Shown here: one piece after another, positions 1 to 12,934 of the stretch
Numbering within the stretch: the first letter of the stretch is position 1
Layout of the letters: every line of letters starts with the position of its first letter
Position numbers and translations under genes: made by a program
Notes under the pieces: generated by a model
Told to the model about the DNA's origin: nothing
The model's input: the letters and a program-made list of their open reading frames with translations, nothing else
Database searches by the model: none
Assembly: GCA_964016885.1 (NCBI GenBank)
Contig: OZ024753.1
Location: 42,966,001 to 43,030,000 of the forward strand
Length of the DNA stretch: 64,000 bases
Direction of reading: 5' to 3'
Source of the DNA: Eledone cirrhosa
Lineage: Eukaryota

Positions 1-284
1 ACATTCTGTCAAAATGATTTCCTTAACTACACCACCTTGCCTCTGAACGTGTATGTGTGTATTTTTGAATGTATGTGTATGTGTGGTGTGTTTGCACATG
101 TACCGTATACATCTGCTGTTCTATGCCGCACAAAACATGCAAGTAAAAGCTGCACACTACCTCTGTATGAATTACTTGAGGAACTAATCAACTCGTGCAT
201 TCTGTGCAGCAATAGAAAACATTAAATGCAATTATTTCTACCTTTAAATGTTTCCAGATGTCTCTGGTGAACTAACGAACTCTT

Positions 285-600
285 TACACACACATATGAG
301 TGCACACACACATACACACATCCGTGCACACGCATACACATCCACACAAACACACACATGCGTGCACACGCACACACAACCACACACATATGCGCACACG
401 CACACATCCATACAAACATACACATGCACACATCCATACAAACATACACATGCACACACATCCACACACATCTATACAAACACACTATGCACACACTAAC
501 ACATCTACACAAGCACACACATGCGCACGCACACATGCACACACACACATCCACACACATATGCGCGCACACACACACACATTCACCCCACCCCCCCCTC
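285..600. repeat. Degenerate (CA)n/(CACAT) microsatellite
   Basis: Direct reading of the sequence. Confidence 0.9.
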
Positions 601-1278
601 CTCCTGCAATCAATGTGTTCTAAGCTGTACAGTCAATTACTGATCTACATAATTCTTTTTCTGACTAAATAACAGATTTCTATACACCTAACGCCATAAT
701 CTACAACTCAGTCAACAAATCTAGCTTTCTGGTGACATTTTCACATTAACAGCAATGTACAATTTAACCCTTTAAACCCTTTCCTGGCCCTAGACCCTAT
801 CTCTAAACCCTATCTCTAAACCCTAGACTCTATTTCAAATAAAGGACGCTGTCTAGGATTTTTCAAATAATTTTGAAAATAATTTAAAACGATTTGAAGG
901 GATTTAGTAATAAATTAGGTTGATGCAAAATGAACGACTGTTTTTATCAATTCTATATTTATTCTACAGTACGACTCCAAACTACTATAAAAACATGTTT
1001 AAATGGCCATTCTGGAGCATAATTGCTGTCTACTTAGTAACTGTTTCCCATTTGCTTGGCAAATAACAACGGTTGTTAATTAAAATAATTAATAATAAAA
1101 CCAGTCGTTCATTTTGTATCATCCCAATAAGTAACATTTTTCACATGGCAGGAGACCCAAAAGAGGTAAGCTCGGTTGATCTGGTTTGGGGATCAATCCA
1201 GCTGGATCCTTTAAATTACTATCGCAGTGTCACTCCCCCACCCCTACATACACATGCCACGCATGCTAGCATACCCCC

Positions 1279-3143
1279 CCTGGGCACACAGGCCAGCACA
1301 CCCCTGGGCACACAGGCCAGCACACCCCTGGGCACACAGACCAGCACACCCCTGGGCACACAAGCCAGCACACCCCTGGGCACACAAGCCAGCACACCCC
1401 TGGGCACACAGGCCAGCACACCCCTGGGCACACAGGCCAGCACACCCCTGGGCACACAGACCAGCACACCCCTGGGCACACAGACCAGCACACCCCTGGG
1501 CACACAAGCCAGCACACCCCTGAGCACACGACCCAGCACACAAGCCAGCACACCCCTGGGCACACGACCCAGCACACCCCTGGGCACACAGACCAGCACA
1601 CCCCTGGGCACACAACCCAGCACAATCCTGGGCACACAGACCAGCACACCCCTGGGCACAGGCCAGCACACCCCTGGGCACACAGACCAGCACACCCCTG
1701 GGCACACAACCCAGCACAATCCTGGGCACACAGACCAGCACACCCCTGGGCACAGGCCAGTACACCCCTGGGCACACAGACCAGCACACCCCTGGGCACA
1801 GGCCAGCACACCCCTGGGCACAGGCCAGCACACCCCTGGGCACACAAGCCAGCACACCCCTGGGCACACAACCCAGCACAACCCTGGGCACACAGGCCAG
1901 CACACCCCTGGGCACACAGACCAGCACACCCCTGGGCACAGGCCAGCACACCCCTGGGCACACAGACCAGCACACCCCTGGGCGCACAGACCAGCACACC
2001 CCTGGGCACACAGGCCAGCACACCCCTGGGCACACAAGCCAGCACACCCCTGGGCACAGGCCAGCACACCCCTGGGCACACAAGCCAGCACACCCCTGGG
2101 CACACAGACCAGCACACCCCTGGGCACACAGACCAGCACACCCCTGGGCACAGGCCAGCACACCCCTGGGCACACAAGCCAGCACACCCCTGGGCACACA
2201 AGCCAGCACACCCCTGGGCACACAAGCCAGCACACCCCTGGGCACAGGCCAGCACACCCCTGGGCACACAGGCCAGCACACCCCTGGGCACACAGACCAG
2301 CACACCCCTGGGCACAGGCCAGCACACCCCTGGGCACACAGGCCAGCACACCCCTGGGCACAGGCCAGCACACCCCTGGGCACACAAGCCAGCACACCCC
2401 TGGGCACACAGACCAGCACACCCCTGGGCATAGGCCAGCACACCCTTGGGCACACAAGCCAGCACACCCCTGGGCACACAGGCCAGCACACCCCTGGGCA
2501 CACAGATCAGCACACCCCTGGGCACACAGGCCAGCACACCCCTGGGCACACAAGCCAGCACACCCCTGGGCACACAGATCAGCACACCCCTGGGCACAGG
2601 CCAGCACACCCCTGGGCACACAAGCCAGCACACCCCTGGGCACACAACCCAGCACACCCCTGGGCACAGGCCAGCACACCCCTGGACACACAAGCCAGCA
2701 CACCCTGGGCACACAGATCAGCACACCCCTGGGCACAGGCCAGCACACCCCTGGGCACAGGCCAGCACACCCCTGGGCACACAAGCCAGCACACCCCTGG
2801 GCACACAGGCCAGCACACCCCTGGGCACACAGATCAGCACCCCTGGGCACATAGGCCAGCACACCCCTGGGCACACAGGCCAGCACACCCCTGGGCACAC
2901 AAGCCAGCACACCCCCTGGGCACACAGATCAGCACACCCCTTGGCACACAGGCCAGCACACCCCTGGGCACACAACCCAGCACACCCCTGGGCACACAAG
3001 CCAGCACACCCCTGGGCACAGGCCAGCACACCCCTGGACACACAAGCCAGCACACCCCTGGGCACACAGATCAGCACACCCCTGGGCACAGAGATCAGCA
3101 CACCCCCTGGGCACACAGAAGCCAGCACACCCCTGGGCACACA
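1279..3143. repeat. GC-rich minisatellite, 24/22-bp units (TGGGCACA[CA]GGCCAGCACACCCC)
   Basis: About 80 tandem units. The 2-nt indels between units produce frame-switching pseudo-ORFs on both strands. Confidence 0.97.
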
Positions 3144-3299
3144 AGCTATTGTATGACAGTAAATATCAATGGAAACTATGTAAACATGTGGTTGTAGTTT
3201 AGTAAAAATCCTTTTCTGTGTTCTGTTTCTCGTTCAATGGAATGACACTCCTCGTCAGTACAGAAGCCATTGTGTTTAACTCTACCACAACATCAACAT

Positions 3300-3333
<34 letters not shown>

Positions 3334-4271
3334 ACACCATCAGCAACAACATCAACAACATACAACAACAACAACATCAACAACAACACTTCGTTATCTT
3401 CAGCATTGTTACTCCTTTAGTTTAGCCAATGAAGCTACACTTCTTCCTTTATTATCATCATCATCATTCATTATCATCATCATCATTAGTATTATTATTA
3501 CTATTATTATTATTATTATTATTATTATTGTTATTATTACTATTGTTGTTATTATTATTAGATTCATTTTTATAATATTAAAAATATTATTATTGTTGTA
3601 TTTGTTTCATTAGTGTTGTTGTTGTTACTATTGTTCTTATTTTCGTTGTGGTTACTGTTATTGTTGTTATTTTTGTTCTTGTTGTTTATTTTTGTTTTGT
3701 TTTTGTTTTAATTTTTTTTTAAATTTTATTTATTTTTCTAAGATAATTAGGTTCGGGGAAAAAATGTAAAAGCAACCCACAGCTCTAATAGAGAATGGAA
3801 AATCCATTAAAATGTTTCTTTTTGCTAATTAGTTTTCTTTGAAATACCGCTTCTTCTTTTCATTTTTACTTCGTGAAACTACAGTTTTCATATTTCTTCC
3901 AAATTTAATAGATTTTTTGCTAATTTCTCATGCTTTTCTGTGACTGCCAATTCCAACACACTCTCATTTGCAATTCCAATCACATGATCATTTCCTCTAC
4001 ACTCTTGCCAAATGCTCATCAAAGTCATATCCGTTTTGTTCTCCTCATTGAGTGTGTTTTAAATCGAGATAGAATCATCTACAAGTTAGTGTATGCTCCA
4101 AACTCGTTGATCGACTTTCATATTTCTAATTCTTATATTAATTTCCATGTGTGTTTCAATTAATTTTGAAAATAATCAAGAATTTGTAGGGATTCGGTAA
4201 AATAATCAAAAATTTGTTGGGATTTGGTAAAATAACTGTTCTCATTCAACTGGTGGTTGAGATATTTTCCC

Positions 4272-4499
4272 TTATCCCTTTAGCATTTAAACCGCCATAA
4301 CCGGCCAGAATTCTCTCACCTCTTTCTGTTCAAACTGGCCATAACTAGCCTCTCATACTGATGTTAAGGTATTGTTCACAAAATAAATAATATCAAAATC
4401 TCATAGATTCGATATTATGTGAGATAATTATGTGAGATAAAGTCTTTACTGTGAAAATACAATAGTAAATACAGAGTAATGTAAATGCTAAAAGGTTAA
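4272..4499 (+). mobile_element. TTAA-flanked (piggyBac-like) MITE, ~220 bp
   Basis: TIR CCCTTTAGCATTTA...TAAATGCTAAAAGG-TTAA. Body matches the copies at 13275, 15852, 17070, 28919 and 58920. Confidence 0.8.
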
Positions 4500-4823
4500 G
4501 AAACTTTTCTTACATAATATTATAGATGGATGGTTGAAATTTAGATACACTTTAAAATAAACAGTTATTGTCATAGAACCAAAAGTGGTGTCTGGAGGTT
4601 TGTTATCTAAATGGTTAAGTAATTAACATGAAAGGTAGTTAGTATTAATTGGTAGAAATTTGGATACCATGTTTCACGGCATGTGGTTATGGCCCTTTAA
4701 GTTCTGATTTCAAATCCTGCTGAGGTTAGCTTTTCCTTTCATCCAATACACTATATATATGAAGGTGTGTGGGAGCAGATGTTTCTCTCTCTCCCTCTCT
4801 CTCTCCCTCGCTCTCTCCCTCTC

Positions 4824-4860
<37 letters not shown>

Positions 4861-4968
4861 ATATATATTTATATAATGGTTGACTGAATATGAATGTGTT
4901 TTTTTTTCTTCTGTTTCTTCCTCTTCTCACTCCTAATCTTTCTATCTTACCTTTTATTCCAAATTCTA

Positions 4969-5004
4969 TCTTCTGATGAAGGACTAATGTCCAAAACGTT
5001 AAGA
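4969..5004 (+). ncRNA. Decayed minimal type I hammerhead ribozyme (same family as 36675)
   Basis: TCTT-CTGATGA-A-GGAC-taat-GTCC-aAAAC-GTT-AAGA, with G12 mutated to A. The downstream ~80 nt resembles the revcomp of 36590-36675. Confidence 0.65.
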
Positions 5005-5100
5005 ATCTTCTGTTATTTCAAGCGTTAAACTAATATATTTCTTTAATGTACTGTGTTGTTTGGTTTCTTATTTCTCTTTACTTTTTAAGCCACACACACT

Positions 5101-5157
<57 letters not shown>

Positions 5158-5505
5158 TGTATTATTATAGTTGACATTATTTAAGTGTAGCTAACAGTTA
5201 CAGTGAAGGGTTACTTAAGGAGATAATCAATTGTTGGCCGACTGAAACCTATAAGTTAACAGATGATTCTGAGCATACAACATCCGAGCCTAGAATAGGT
5301 ATTGGTAGGTATTTAGTAGAAATATCCATAAGACAAATGATAGGTGATGGACATTGTAGGATTGTTACTAATCATCATCATCATCATTTGTCCCATTGTT
5401 TTCCGTGCTAGTATGGGTTGGACTATGTCAATACGAGTGGGTATATTTTTAACTGTGCTCGGATTTTTCTCTGTGTGTGTGTGTATGTATGTACATGTAT
5501 TTATA

Positions 5506-5849
5506 TCATCATCATCATCATCATTTTACGTCCGCTTTTCCCTGCTTGCAAGGGTGGGACGGGAACTGATGCTGGCTTGATTTCTACAGCTGGATGCCCT
5601 TCCTAACACCAACCTCCTTTACAGTGAGTGCTGGGTGCTTTTTTTTGCCGTGGCACCTCCACAACCACTTTGCAGTGGATATGATAGGGACCCCAGTCCC
5701 TATCATCTCATTTCTACAGCTGAGTAAACTGGAGCAATGTGAAATAAAGTGTCTTGCTCAAGGAAACAACACATCACTCGGTCTGAGGATTGAACTCACA
5801 ACCTTTCGATTGCAAGCCCAATGCTCTAACCACTAAGCCATGTGCCTCC
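5506..5849 (-). mobile_element. tRNA-derived CORE-like SINE with RTE-type 3' tail (family A)
   Basis: Head with A box (TGGCTTAGTGG) and B box (GTTCAATCC), a MIR-core-like segment (CCTTGAGCAAGACACTT...CAGTTTACTCAGCTGTAGAAATG), and a tail shared with the RTE LINE plus (ATG)n. Confidence 0.88.
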
Positions 5850-6278
5850 ATATACATATATATATTCATATACATATATATATTATATTCATATACATAT
5901 ATATATTATATTTATATATATATATACATATATATATTCATTAACGAAGCAGTGTGTGTGTGTGTGCTTATGTATGTATGTGTATTCACAACTTGTTTGG
6001 CTTCCATATATATAGGGAGTTATTCCACAAGAAAAGTACAGTGTAGCGGTAACCTCCAGCATCATTCGTGTCTCTGATGGAAACTCCTACGATTCATTAT
6101 ACATTCACATTTCTCTTCTATAGCAGTACAAGGCCACAAAATCCCGAAATATCTAAGTTCCGATGTACATTGTCATTACAGTCACTGTTCCATGAGATAT
6201 TCCCCAATGGAAAACTCTGTTTCTTCTGTATTAAATAAAGAATATATACTTAGATTTCTGGGAAAAAATATGTGTGTA

Positions 6279-6343
<65 letters not shown>

Positions 6344-6344
6344 A

Positions 6345-6418
<74 letters not shown>

Positions 6419-7625
6419 AAATATATATATATATGTATTATATATATATATACAGAGAGAAAGAAAGAAATGACAACACAAATATATATATATATGCATA
6501 TATATATATATAGCTGTGGGGGGGTTATCTTTGGGATAGGAAATCAGTAATTTGTAGCAATGGTAGCTGTGTATTATATAGTGCAATGCAATGCAGTACA
6601 ATGTAGTGCAGTGCATTTTAGTGCAGTAAACAGAAATATAAGAACGAGCGGATCTAAATTGGCTGAGGTAATTTTGGTTTTGGTCATGATAATAGATGAT
6701 AATTAAGAATGATAATAAAAGAAGTTGTGTGCCGTTGGCTAAAATAACAATAAACAGTTGTAAGTATTTGCTTATTAGGCAAAAGAAAAAAATAACAAAC
6801 GATTTAGTAAAGTCAATATTATTGATCACAGTGTTGGTTTATCAACGAAATTAAATACTATTTTCAATTAAGTATCTGGAGGCAACCAGTTAGTTCCAAC
6901 ACAATCGATTATGATGAACAAATATTGTTTTTTTCTTTTCCAACTGTCTTCCTTTCAAATATTTCTCGGTTATTTTAAATGATTTTTCTATCCTTGTTTG
7001 ATAATACACACCGACACATTATATAAAGTACCAGTAATGCACTGAATAATTGCTGGCCTTGTGCCAAAATACTGATTTTTTTTTTGGAGTGTTTGGTGGG
7101 TACAAGCTAGTCAGACTAAAATAAGTCAGTTTTACTCATATATATTGCTTCTCTAAGTTGATAATTTAATATATCTTATCCTTTCATTGAGATGTCTACG
7201 CATTAGAGACAGATAACTCTTTAAACACATATATAATATAGTATAATATATATATATATTATATATTATATTATATTATATATATATATATATGTAAAAT
7301 ACAATATCATTTGTAAATCATAGGCAGTGTCTTTTATTATATAAATGGTAATGAAAGGGTTAACAATTTCGTATTTGTCAGTCTATGGTGTAGAACATTA
7401 TTACAGTGTTATCATACCACACACCAAACGCCCCCATTTAATACATTATCAGAAAACCAATTCCCAAAGTTTCTTTTTATGTTCTTTTAAGTTCTTCAAT
7501 AGTTTCCATCAGATTTAATTGACAATTAATAAGATTCTTTTCACTTATTTTGTTCACATTAAACTCTGTGAAACATCATTTTTTGGTTCTTTTTGAAATA
7601 GTTTCCTTCTGTTGAATAACATATA

Positions 7626-7659
<34 letters not shown>

Positions 7660-7728
7660 CCCATGCTAGCGTGGAAAATGGACGTTAAACGATGATATAT
7701 ATATATATTTATATATATATATATATAT

Positions 7729-7922
7729 GGCTAGAATCAGCTTGAAACAAGTTAGACCATTACTCAAGAGGATACTTGATATTTGGGGTAGTAAAGTATG
7801 GCTATATTCTGTAGTGTTGGAACCCAACGGCTGAGCTCTTGCCGTTTCAAGAGTCAGTTCTAGTATATAGGAACTAGTTGTCGAAATAACTAGAGCTGAG
7901 TCGTTGGGTCCCGACTCTTCAT
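7729..7922 (-). mobile_element. Diverged copy of the (TA)n-embedded hairpin/half-hammerhead element (family H1)
   Basis: Imperfect arms GGAACCCAACGGCTGAGCTCTTGCCGTTTC / GAAATAACTAGAGCTGAGTCGTTGGGTCC. Leader resembles the H1 tail. (TA)n on both sides. Confidence 0.65.
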
Positions 7923-7961
7923 AATATATATATATATATATATATATATGACTCTTTTTCT

Positions 7962-8009
<48 letters not shown>

Positions 8010-8011
<2 letters not shown>

Positions 8012-8369
8012 TGCAGTGTCAATGTGTGTGAACAACCCAGCATGAATGCATTGAGAGAGAAACTGTGTCTGAGAGGGATAGAATGTAGTGTACGGGAGAG
8101 GAGACTGAGGTGGTATGGACATGTGATGCGCATGGAGGATGACCGATGGGTGAAGAAGTGCCAGGAAATGCCAGTTGAAGGAAGACGTGGTAGCGGAAGA
8201 CCACGAAAAACATGGGCGGAGGTGGTGAGAACAGACCTCAGATTGCTGAAGCTCACGGTGGAGATGACGAGGGACCGTGACGAGTGGAGAGATGCTGTGG
8301 TGAATAAGACCCATCCCACCCTTGCAAGCAGGGAAGAGCGGGCGTAAAATGATTATGATGATGATGATG
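8010..8369 (+). mobile_element. RTE-clade LINE 3' fragment
   Basis: ORF with RRLRWYGHVMRM...GRPRKTW...DRDEWR and an (ATG)n tail. Near identical to 17465-17824. Confidence 0.92.
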
Positions 8370-8397
8370 ATATACATATATATATACATATATATAT

Positions 8398-8540
8398 AAA
8401 GAAAAAAAGATGAAATCGAAAATGCAACTGGAGTCTTATTTTTAAAAAAATATATATATTTATTTGGTTCCTTTACCAGTTTCGCAGTTCTTCTGCTTTT
8501 CAAAAGTAGAGTTGAGATGGAGGGTCTGTGGTTTTTCTCA

Positions 8541-8541
<1 letters not shown>
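8398..8541 (-). mobile_element. ~145-bp microsatellite-embedded element with U3-A8 variant hammerhead (8471-8506)
   Basis: Near-identical copy at 32677-32820. Minus strand reads CTT-TTGAAAA-GCAG-aagaa-CTGC-GAAAC-TGGT-A-AAG. Confidence 0.75.
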
Positions 8542-8613
<72 letters not shown>

Positions 8614-8616
<3 letters not shown>

Positions 8617-8776
8617 TGTTTCATTCATGAGAAATGATCAGGGAGCTCTCTGATGATTTCTCACGAATAAAACAGTTCTAGTCCTATAGAAGGTCTTCTA
8701 TATTAAAACTTTTATACTCTACTATGTATTGAGTACTTATTTACTGTGGTTACCTCCGATTCAACCCGGAATAACT
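8614..8776 (+). mobile_element. Decayed copy of mirrored-hammerhead element family H2
   Basis: Partial inverted arm plus CTGATGATTTCTCACGAATaAAACAGTTCTAGTCCTATAGAA, then a tail nearly identical to 48421-48499. Confidence 0.75.
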
Positions 8777-8817
8777 TATATATATATATATATATATATG
8801 TACACACATACACACAC

Positions 8818-8848
<31 letters not shown>

Positions 8849-9328
8849 TATCTCTCTCTCTCTCTCTCTCTCGAGAGAGAGAGAGAGAGAGAGAGATACA
8901 GAGAGGGTAAGAAATACATTGAAATTGATAGAGCTTTAAAGAGACAGAGGTTACGAAAGTATTACAATATTTATGAAACTCTAAATTGAGTTAAGTTTAT
9001 TGAAATTTACCTTCATTCTTCTTCACTATCTACTTAATAAGAACTTTACTTTACCAAGTATAAATATATCTACTTACCTCACCCCCTCTCTCTCTCTCTC
9101 TCTCTTTCTCTTTCTCTCTCTCTCTCTTTCTCTTGCTATTTTTCCTTTGGGAGTGAGTTGAAATTGCATTTCATGTAGGAAGGTGCTGCTCCAATACGTA
9201 CCTCACCATGATGGATTAAACAAATTAGAGCAGAGTAAAGTACATGATGAAAGGTTGTATTCCAAATAGACAGCTATGCTCTCTCTTGTAATCAAAACCG
9301 TTGCAGTACGTTGCATATCCAATCTCTC

Positions 9329-9397
9329 ATATATTCCATCTGATGAAAACGTACTGAAACACCATTGTACCTTTGAAATATGTATAATAAAATATAT
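9329..9397 (+). ncRNA. Type I hammerhead ribozyme, paralogue of 10038
   Basis: ATATATTccAT-CTGATGA-AAAcGTAC...GTACcTTT-GAAATATGTAT-A-ATaaAATATAT. Stem II co-varies with the 10038 copy. Confidence 0.65.
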
Positions 9398-9587
9398 ATT
9401 TTGGTTATGAGAATATTTTTCATTTATTAATATTTTTAATAATATTATAAATACTCCAGAAAAGTTTTTCCAGTTGAGTGCTTCTAATCTATTGTAAAAT
9501 TGTATTCGTTGAATAATCAACGAACCATATAAACTTTGGTTATATATATATATATATAACCAAAGTTGGTTATATATATATATATAT

Positions 9588-9932
9588 GGAGGCACATGGC
9601 TTAGTGGTTAGAGCATTGGCCTTGCAATCGAAAGGTTGTGAGTTCAATTCTCAGACCGGGATGTGTTGTTTCCTTGAGCAAGATACTTTATTTCACGTTG
9701 CTCCAGTTTACTCAGCTGTAGAAATGAGATGATAGGGACTGGGGTCCCTATCATTCCACTGCAAAGAGGTCGTGGAGGTGCCACAGCAAAAAAGCACCCA
9801 GCACTCACTGTAAATGAGGTTGGTGTTAGGAAGGGCATCCAGCTGTAGAAATCAAGCCAGAATCAGTTCCCGTCCCACCCTTGCAAGCAGGGAAAAGCGG
9901 ACATAAAATGAAATGATGATGATGATGATGAT
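9588..9932 (+). mobile_element. Full-length SINE family A
   Basis: tRNA head, CORE-like domain, RTE tail and (ATG)n. Inverted relative to the copies at 5506, 40069 and 61250. Confidence 0.9.
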
Positions 9933-10037
9933 ATATATTTAAAGGTTAAACAAGTTTCAATGAATAAATCAAAGAATTAGTTTTACCATGACTGGATCTT
10001 AACCATCTACTATGTCAGGGTATGTCATGCATCATCT

Positions 10038-10104
10038 TATTTTATCTGATGAGGACGTACTGTTGAACTTAACTCAGTACCTCTGAAATATGTATAATAA
10101 AATA
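10038..10104 (+). ncRNA. Type I hammerhead ribozyme with intact core
   Basis: Stem I TATTTTAT/ATAAAATA (8 bp), CTGATGA, stem II GGAcGTACTG/CAGTACcTCT, GAAA, near-palindromic stem III ATATGTAT, cleavage triplet AUA at 10094-10096. Confidence 0.78.
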
Positions 10105-10879
10105 TACTTGATCACAAGAAGTTCTATTTTTGTTAATATTTTGAATTAATATATATATATTTATATATAACCCATGCAAGCATGGAAAGATGGATGCTAA
10201 ACGACGATGATGATGATGATGATTATATATATATATATATATATAAAAACCCATGCTAATGATGATGATGATATATACTTTTTATCACTTCAGTGTTCAA
10301 TGTCAATATTAACTGGGTTTAAAGGAGTAATGAAAGTTTAGCGGCTACGGTAGGACACCGAATACTACAAAAGATTTGAGAAAGTAAAGATTGTCTGTGA
10401 AATTCGATAAATCTGTGACAGTAGTTACATGGAATAATGGCTTCTCAAAGGCCTTGAATTCTATGAATATAAAAGATAAAAAGAACTTAATACTTTAAAT
10501 AACTCATGTTAAAAATACCTTTGCCAAGGGGCATTTTGTATCAAAATGTTAAGTTTTATATATATTTATTAAGTGAAACACAGGGAGCCAAGTTTGGTGT
10601 CTGTCACACACATACACACAGAGGCACACACAGATACATAGGCACACACAGGCACACACAGATACATAGGCACATATATACACATATACACACTTTAACG
10701 ACGGGATAGAAAGAAATTAAACCACAAATTACTAGACTAGTGCGTTGGCAAACTGTGTTGAAAGATAGAAAAGAACTGATGTAGTAGAAGTTTTATTTGA
10801 TGTTATTGAAGTAATAGAAAAACCAGGAACAATGGAGGTGTGTGGTTCGATGGCTAGAGCATGCAACATTTTCTGGGCA

Positions 10880-11715
10880 GTCACATAGGATGTGGGTCAC
10901 ATAGGATGTAACACATCATAAGGTGGGTCACATAGGATGTGGTTTATCATAAGGTGGGTCACATAGGATGTAACACATCATAAGGTGGGTCACATAGGAT
11001 GTGGCTTATCATAAGGTGGGTCGCATAGGATGTGGCTTATCATAAGGTGGGTCACATAGGATGTGGCTTATCATAAGGTGGGTCACATAGGATGTGGCTT
11101 ATCATAAGGTGGGTCACATAGGATGTGGCTTATCATAAGGTGGGCCACATAGGATGTGGCTTATCATAAGGTGGGCCACATAGGATGTGGCTTATCATAA
11201 GGTGGGTCGCATAGGATGTGGCTTATCATAAGGTGGGTCACATAGGATGTGGCTTATCATAAGGTGGGTCACATAGGATGTGGCTTATCATAAGGTGGGC
11301 CACATAGGATGTGGCTTATCATAAGGTGGGCCACATAGGATGTGGCTTATCATAAGGTGGGTCGCATAGGATGTGGCTTATCATAAGGTGGGTCACATAG
11401 GATGTGGCTTATCATAAGGTGGGCCACATGGGATGTGGCTTATCATAAGGTGGGTCGCATAGGATGTGGCTTATCATAAGGTGGGTCACATAGGATGTGG
11501 CTTATCATAAGGTGGGCCACATAGGATGTGGCTTATCATAAGGTGGGTCGCATAGGATGTGGCTTATCATAAGGTGGGTCACATAGGATGTGGCTTATCA
11601 TAAGGTGGGTCACATAGGATGTGGCTTATCATAAGGTGGGTCACATAGGATGTGGCTTATCATAAGGTGGGTCACATAGGATGTGACACATCATAAGGTG
11701 GGTGACATAGGATTT
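10880..11715. repeat. 31-bp minisatellite (CATAAGGTGGGTCACATAGGATGTGGCTTAT), ~26 copies
   Basis: Direct tandem reading. Starts just after a SINE-head-like remnant at ~10834 and ends ~150 nt before the exon acceptor. Confidence 0.96.
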
Positions 11716-11864
11716 GGTTCTTAATAAGGGTTAATCTGTTTATATTTATCTAAAACAGTGTATTTTGTTAGTAACAAGAGAGCTAAAGTCTTTACTAAAT
11801 GCAATATTTTGTATCCGTTATTTTCTTGTTTATTTAATTTTTTTAATCTTTTATTTATTTTCAG

Positions 11865-11984
11865 CGCAAATGTGACCAGTACTGGCCTGATGAAGGAACA
11901 CAAGTTTCATCAGGAATTTCAATTGAATGTCTTAATATAGATAAATTACCTGATTTTACGATACGCACATTCCTTTTGCAAATG
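11865..11984 (+). CDS. Receptor-type protein tyrosine phosphatase, D1 exon (RKCDQYWPDEGTQVSSGISIECLNIDKLPDFTIRTFLLQM)
   Basis: Polypyrimidine tract plus ttttcag acceptor at 11864 and gtaagt donor at 11985. 120 nt, phase 0-0, with the KCxQYWP PTP motif and FTIRTF. Upstream exons lie outside the window. Confidence 0.93.
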
Positions 11985-12304
11985 GTAAGTCTAGCTTTCA
12001 TTACTAATAAACTTGACCCTCAATTTCATTGTCTAGCCTAGGACTTCTCAAACTGTCTTGCAACACCCCTAAGGCAGTGGTTCCACAATTTGTTTTACTC
12101 ACAGCACACTTTAGTAACTATATTTTGGCACACTTTGTTGCTAAACTTGAAGATTTATTCAAAAGAAATATTTATATATCTATCAACAGAGCAGAAAAAC
12201 AAGATCTTCAAGCATTTCTACACAAACCAGTGCATTATTCTACTGTGGTACATAGCGGTTAAAATGTAGTTTTGCTAACCTACAAGACAGGAGAGTTTAT
12301 AAAA

Positions 12305-12790
12305 CATGAATCTATAAAATATATACATAAATTAGTACTTTATATATACATGAATCTATAAAATATATACATAAATTAGTACTTTATATATACACGAATC
12401 TATAAAATATATACATAAATTAGTACTTTATATATACACGAATCTATAAAATATATACATAAATTAGTACTTTATATATACACGAATCTATAAAATATAT
12501 ACATAAATTAGTACTTTATATATACATGAATCTATAAAATATATACATAAATTAGTACTTTATATATACATGAATCTATAAAATATATACATAAATTAGT
12601 ACTTTATATATACACGAATCTATAAAATATATACATAAATTAGTACTTTATATATACACGAATCTATAAAATATATACATAAATTAGTACTTTATATATA
12701 CACAAATCTATAAAATATATAGATAAATTAGTACTTTATATATACACGAATCTATAAAATATATACATAATTTTGAACTTTATATTTACA
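12305..12790. repeat. 44-bp AT-rich minisatellite, ~11 copies
   Basis: Unit CAYGAATCTATAAAATATATACATAAATTAGTACTTTATATATA. Confidence 0.95.
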
Positions 12791-12934
12791 CAAATTCATA
12801 CTTTATCAACCCCAAAATGATGAAAAGCAAAGTAAAATTAAGCAGGATATAAATTCAGAGAGTTTGAACAATGCTAGTATTTTATCCTACATTTTAATAA
12901 CTCAGCCACAATATGGAGGATTAAAGAATCGGTT

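Noticed and set aside
1152-1165. Possible 14-nt microexon (cag|GAGACCCAAAAGAG|gtaag)
   Set aside because: Weak polypyrimidine tract, and the length is not compatible with the expected PTP exon upstream of RKCDQYWP.
1073-3156. Long ORFs (593, 568, 482 aa) on both strands
   Set aside because: They are translations of a stop-free 24/22-bp minisatellite that is open in most frames, with no domain or splice context.
9588-9660. tRNA gene
   Set aside because: The tRNA-like head continues into a CORE-like body and LINE tail in multiple copies, so it is a SINE head.
10880-11715. CRISPR-like appearance of regular repeats (also 18573 and 37932)
   Set aside because: Units are contiguous with no unique spacers, the context is a eukaryotic intron, and there are no cas genes.
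11886-11900. CTGATGAAGG hammerhead-like string
   Set aside because: It lies in the coding exon (PDEG) with no stem II/GAAA arrangement.
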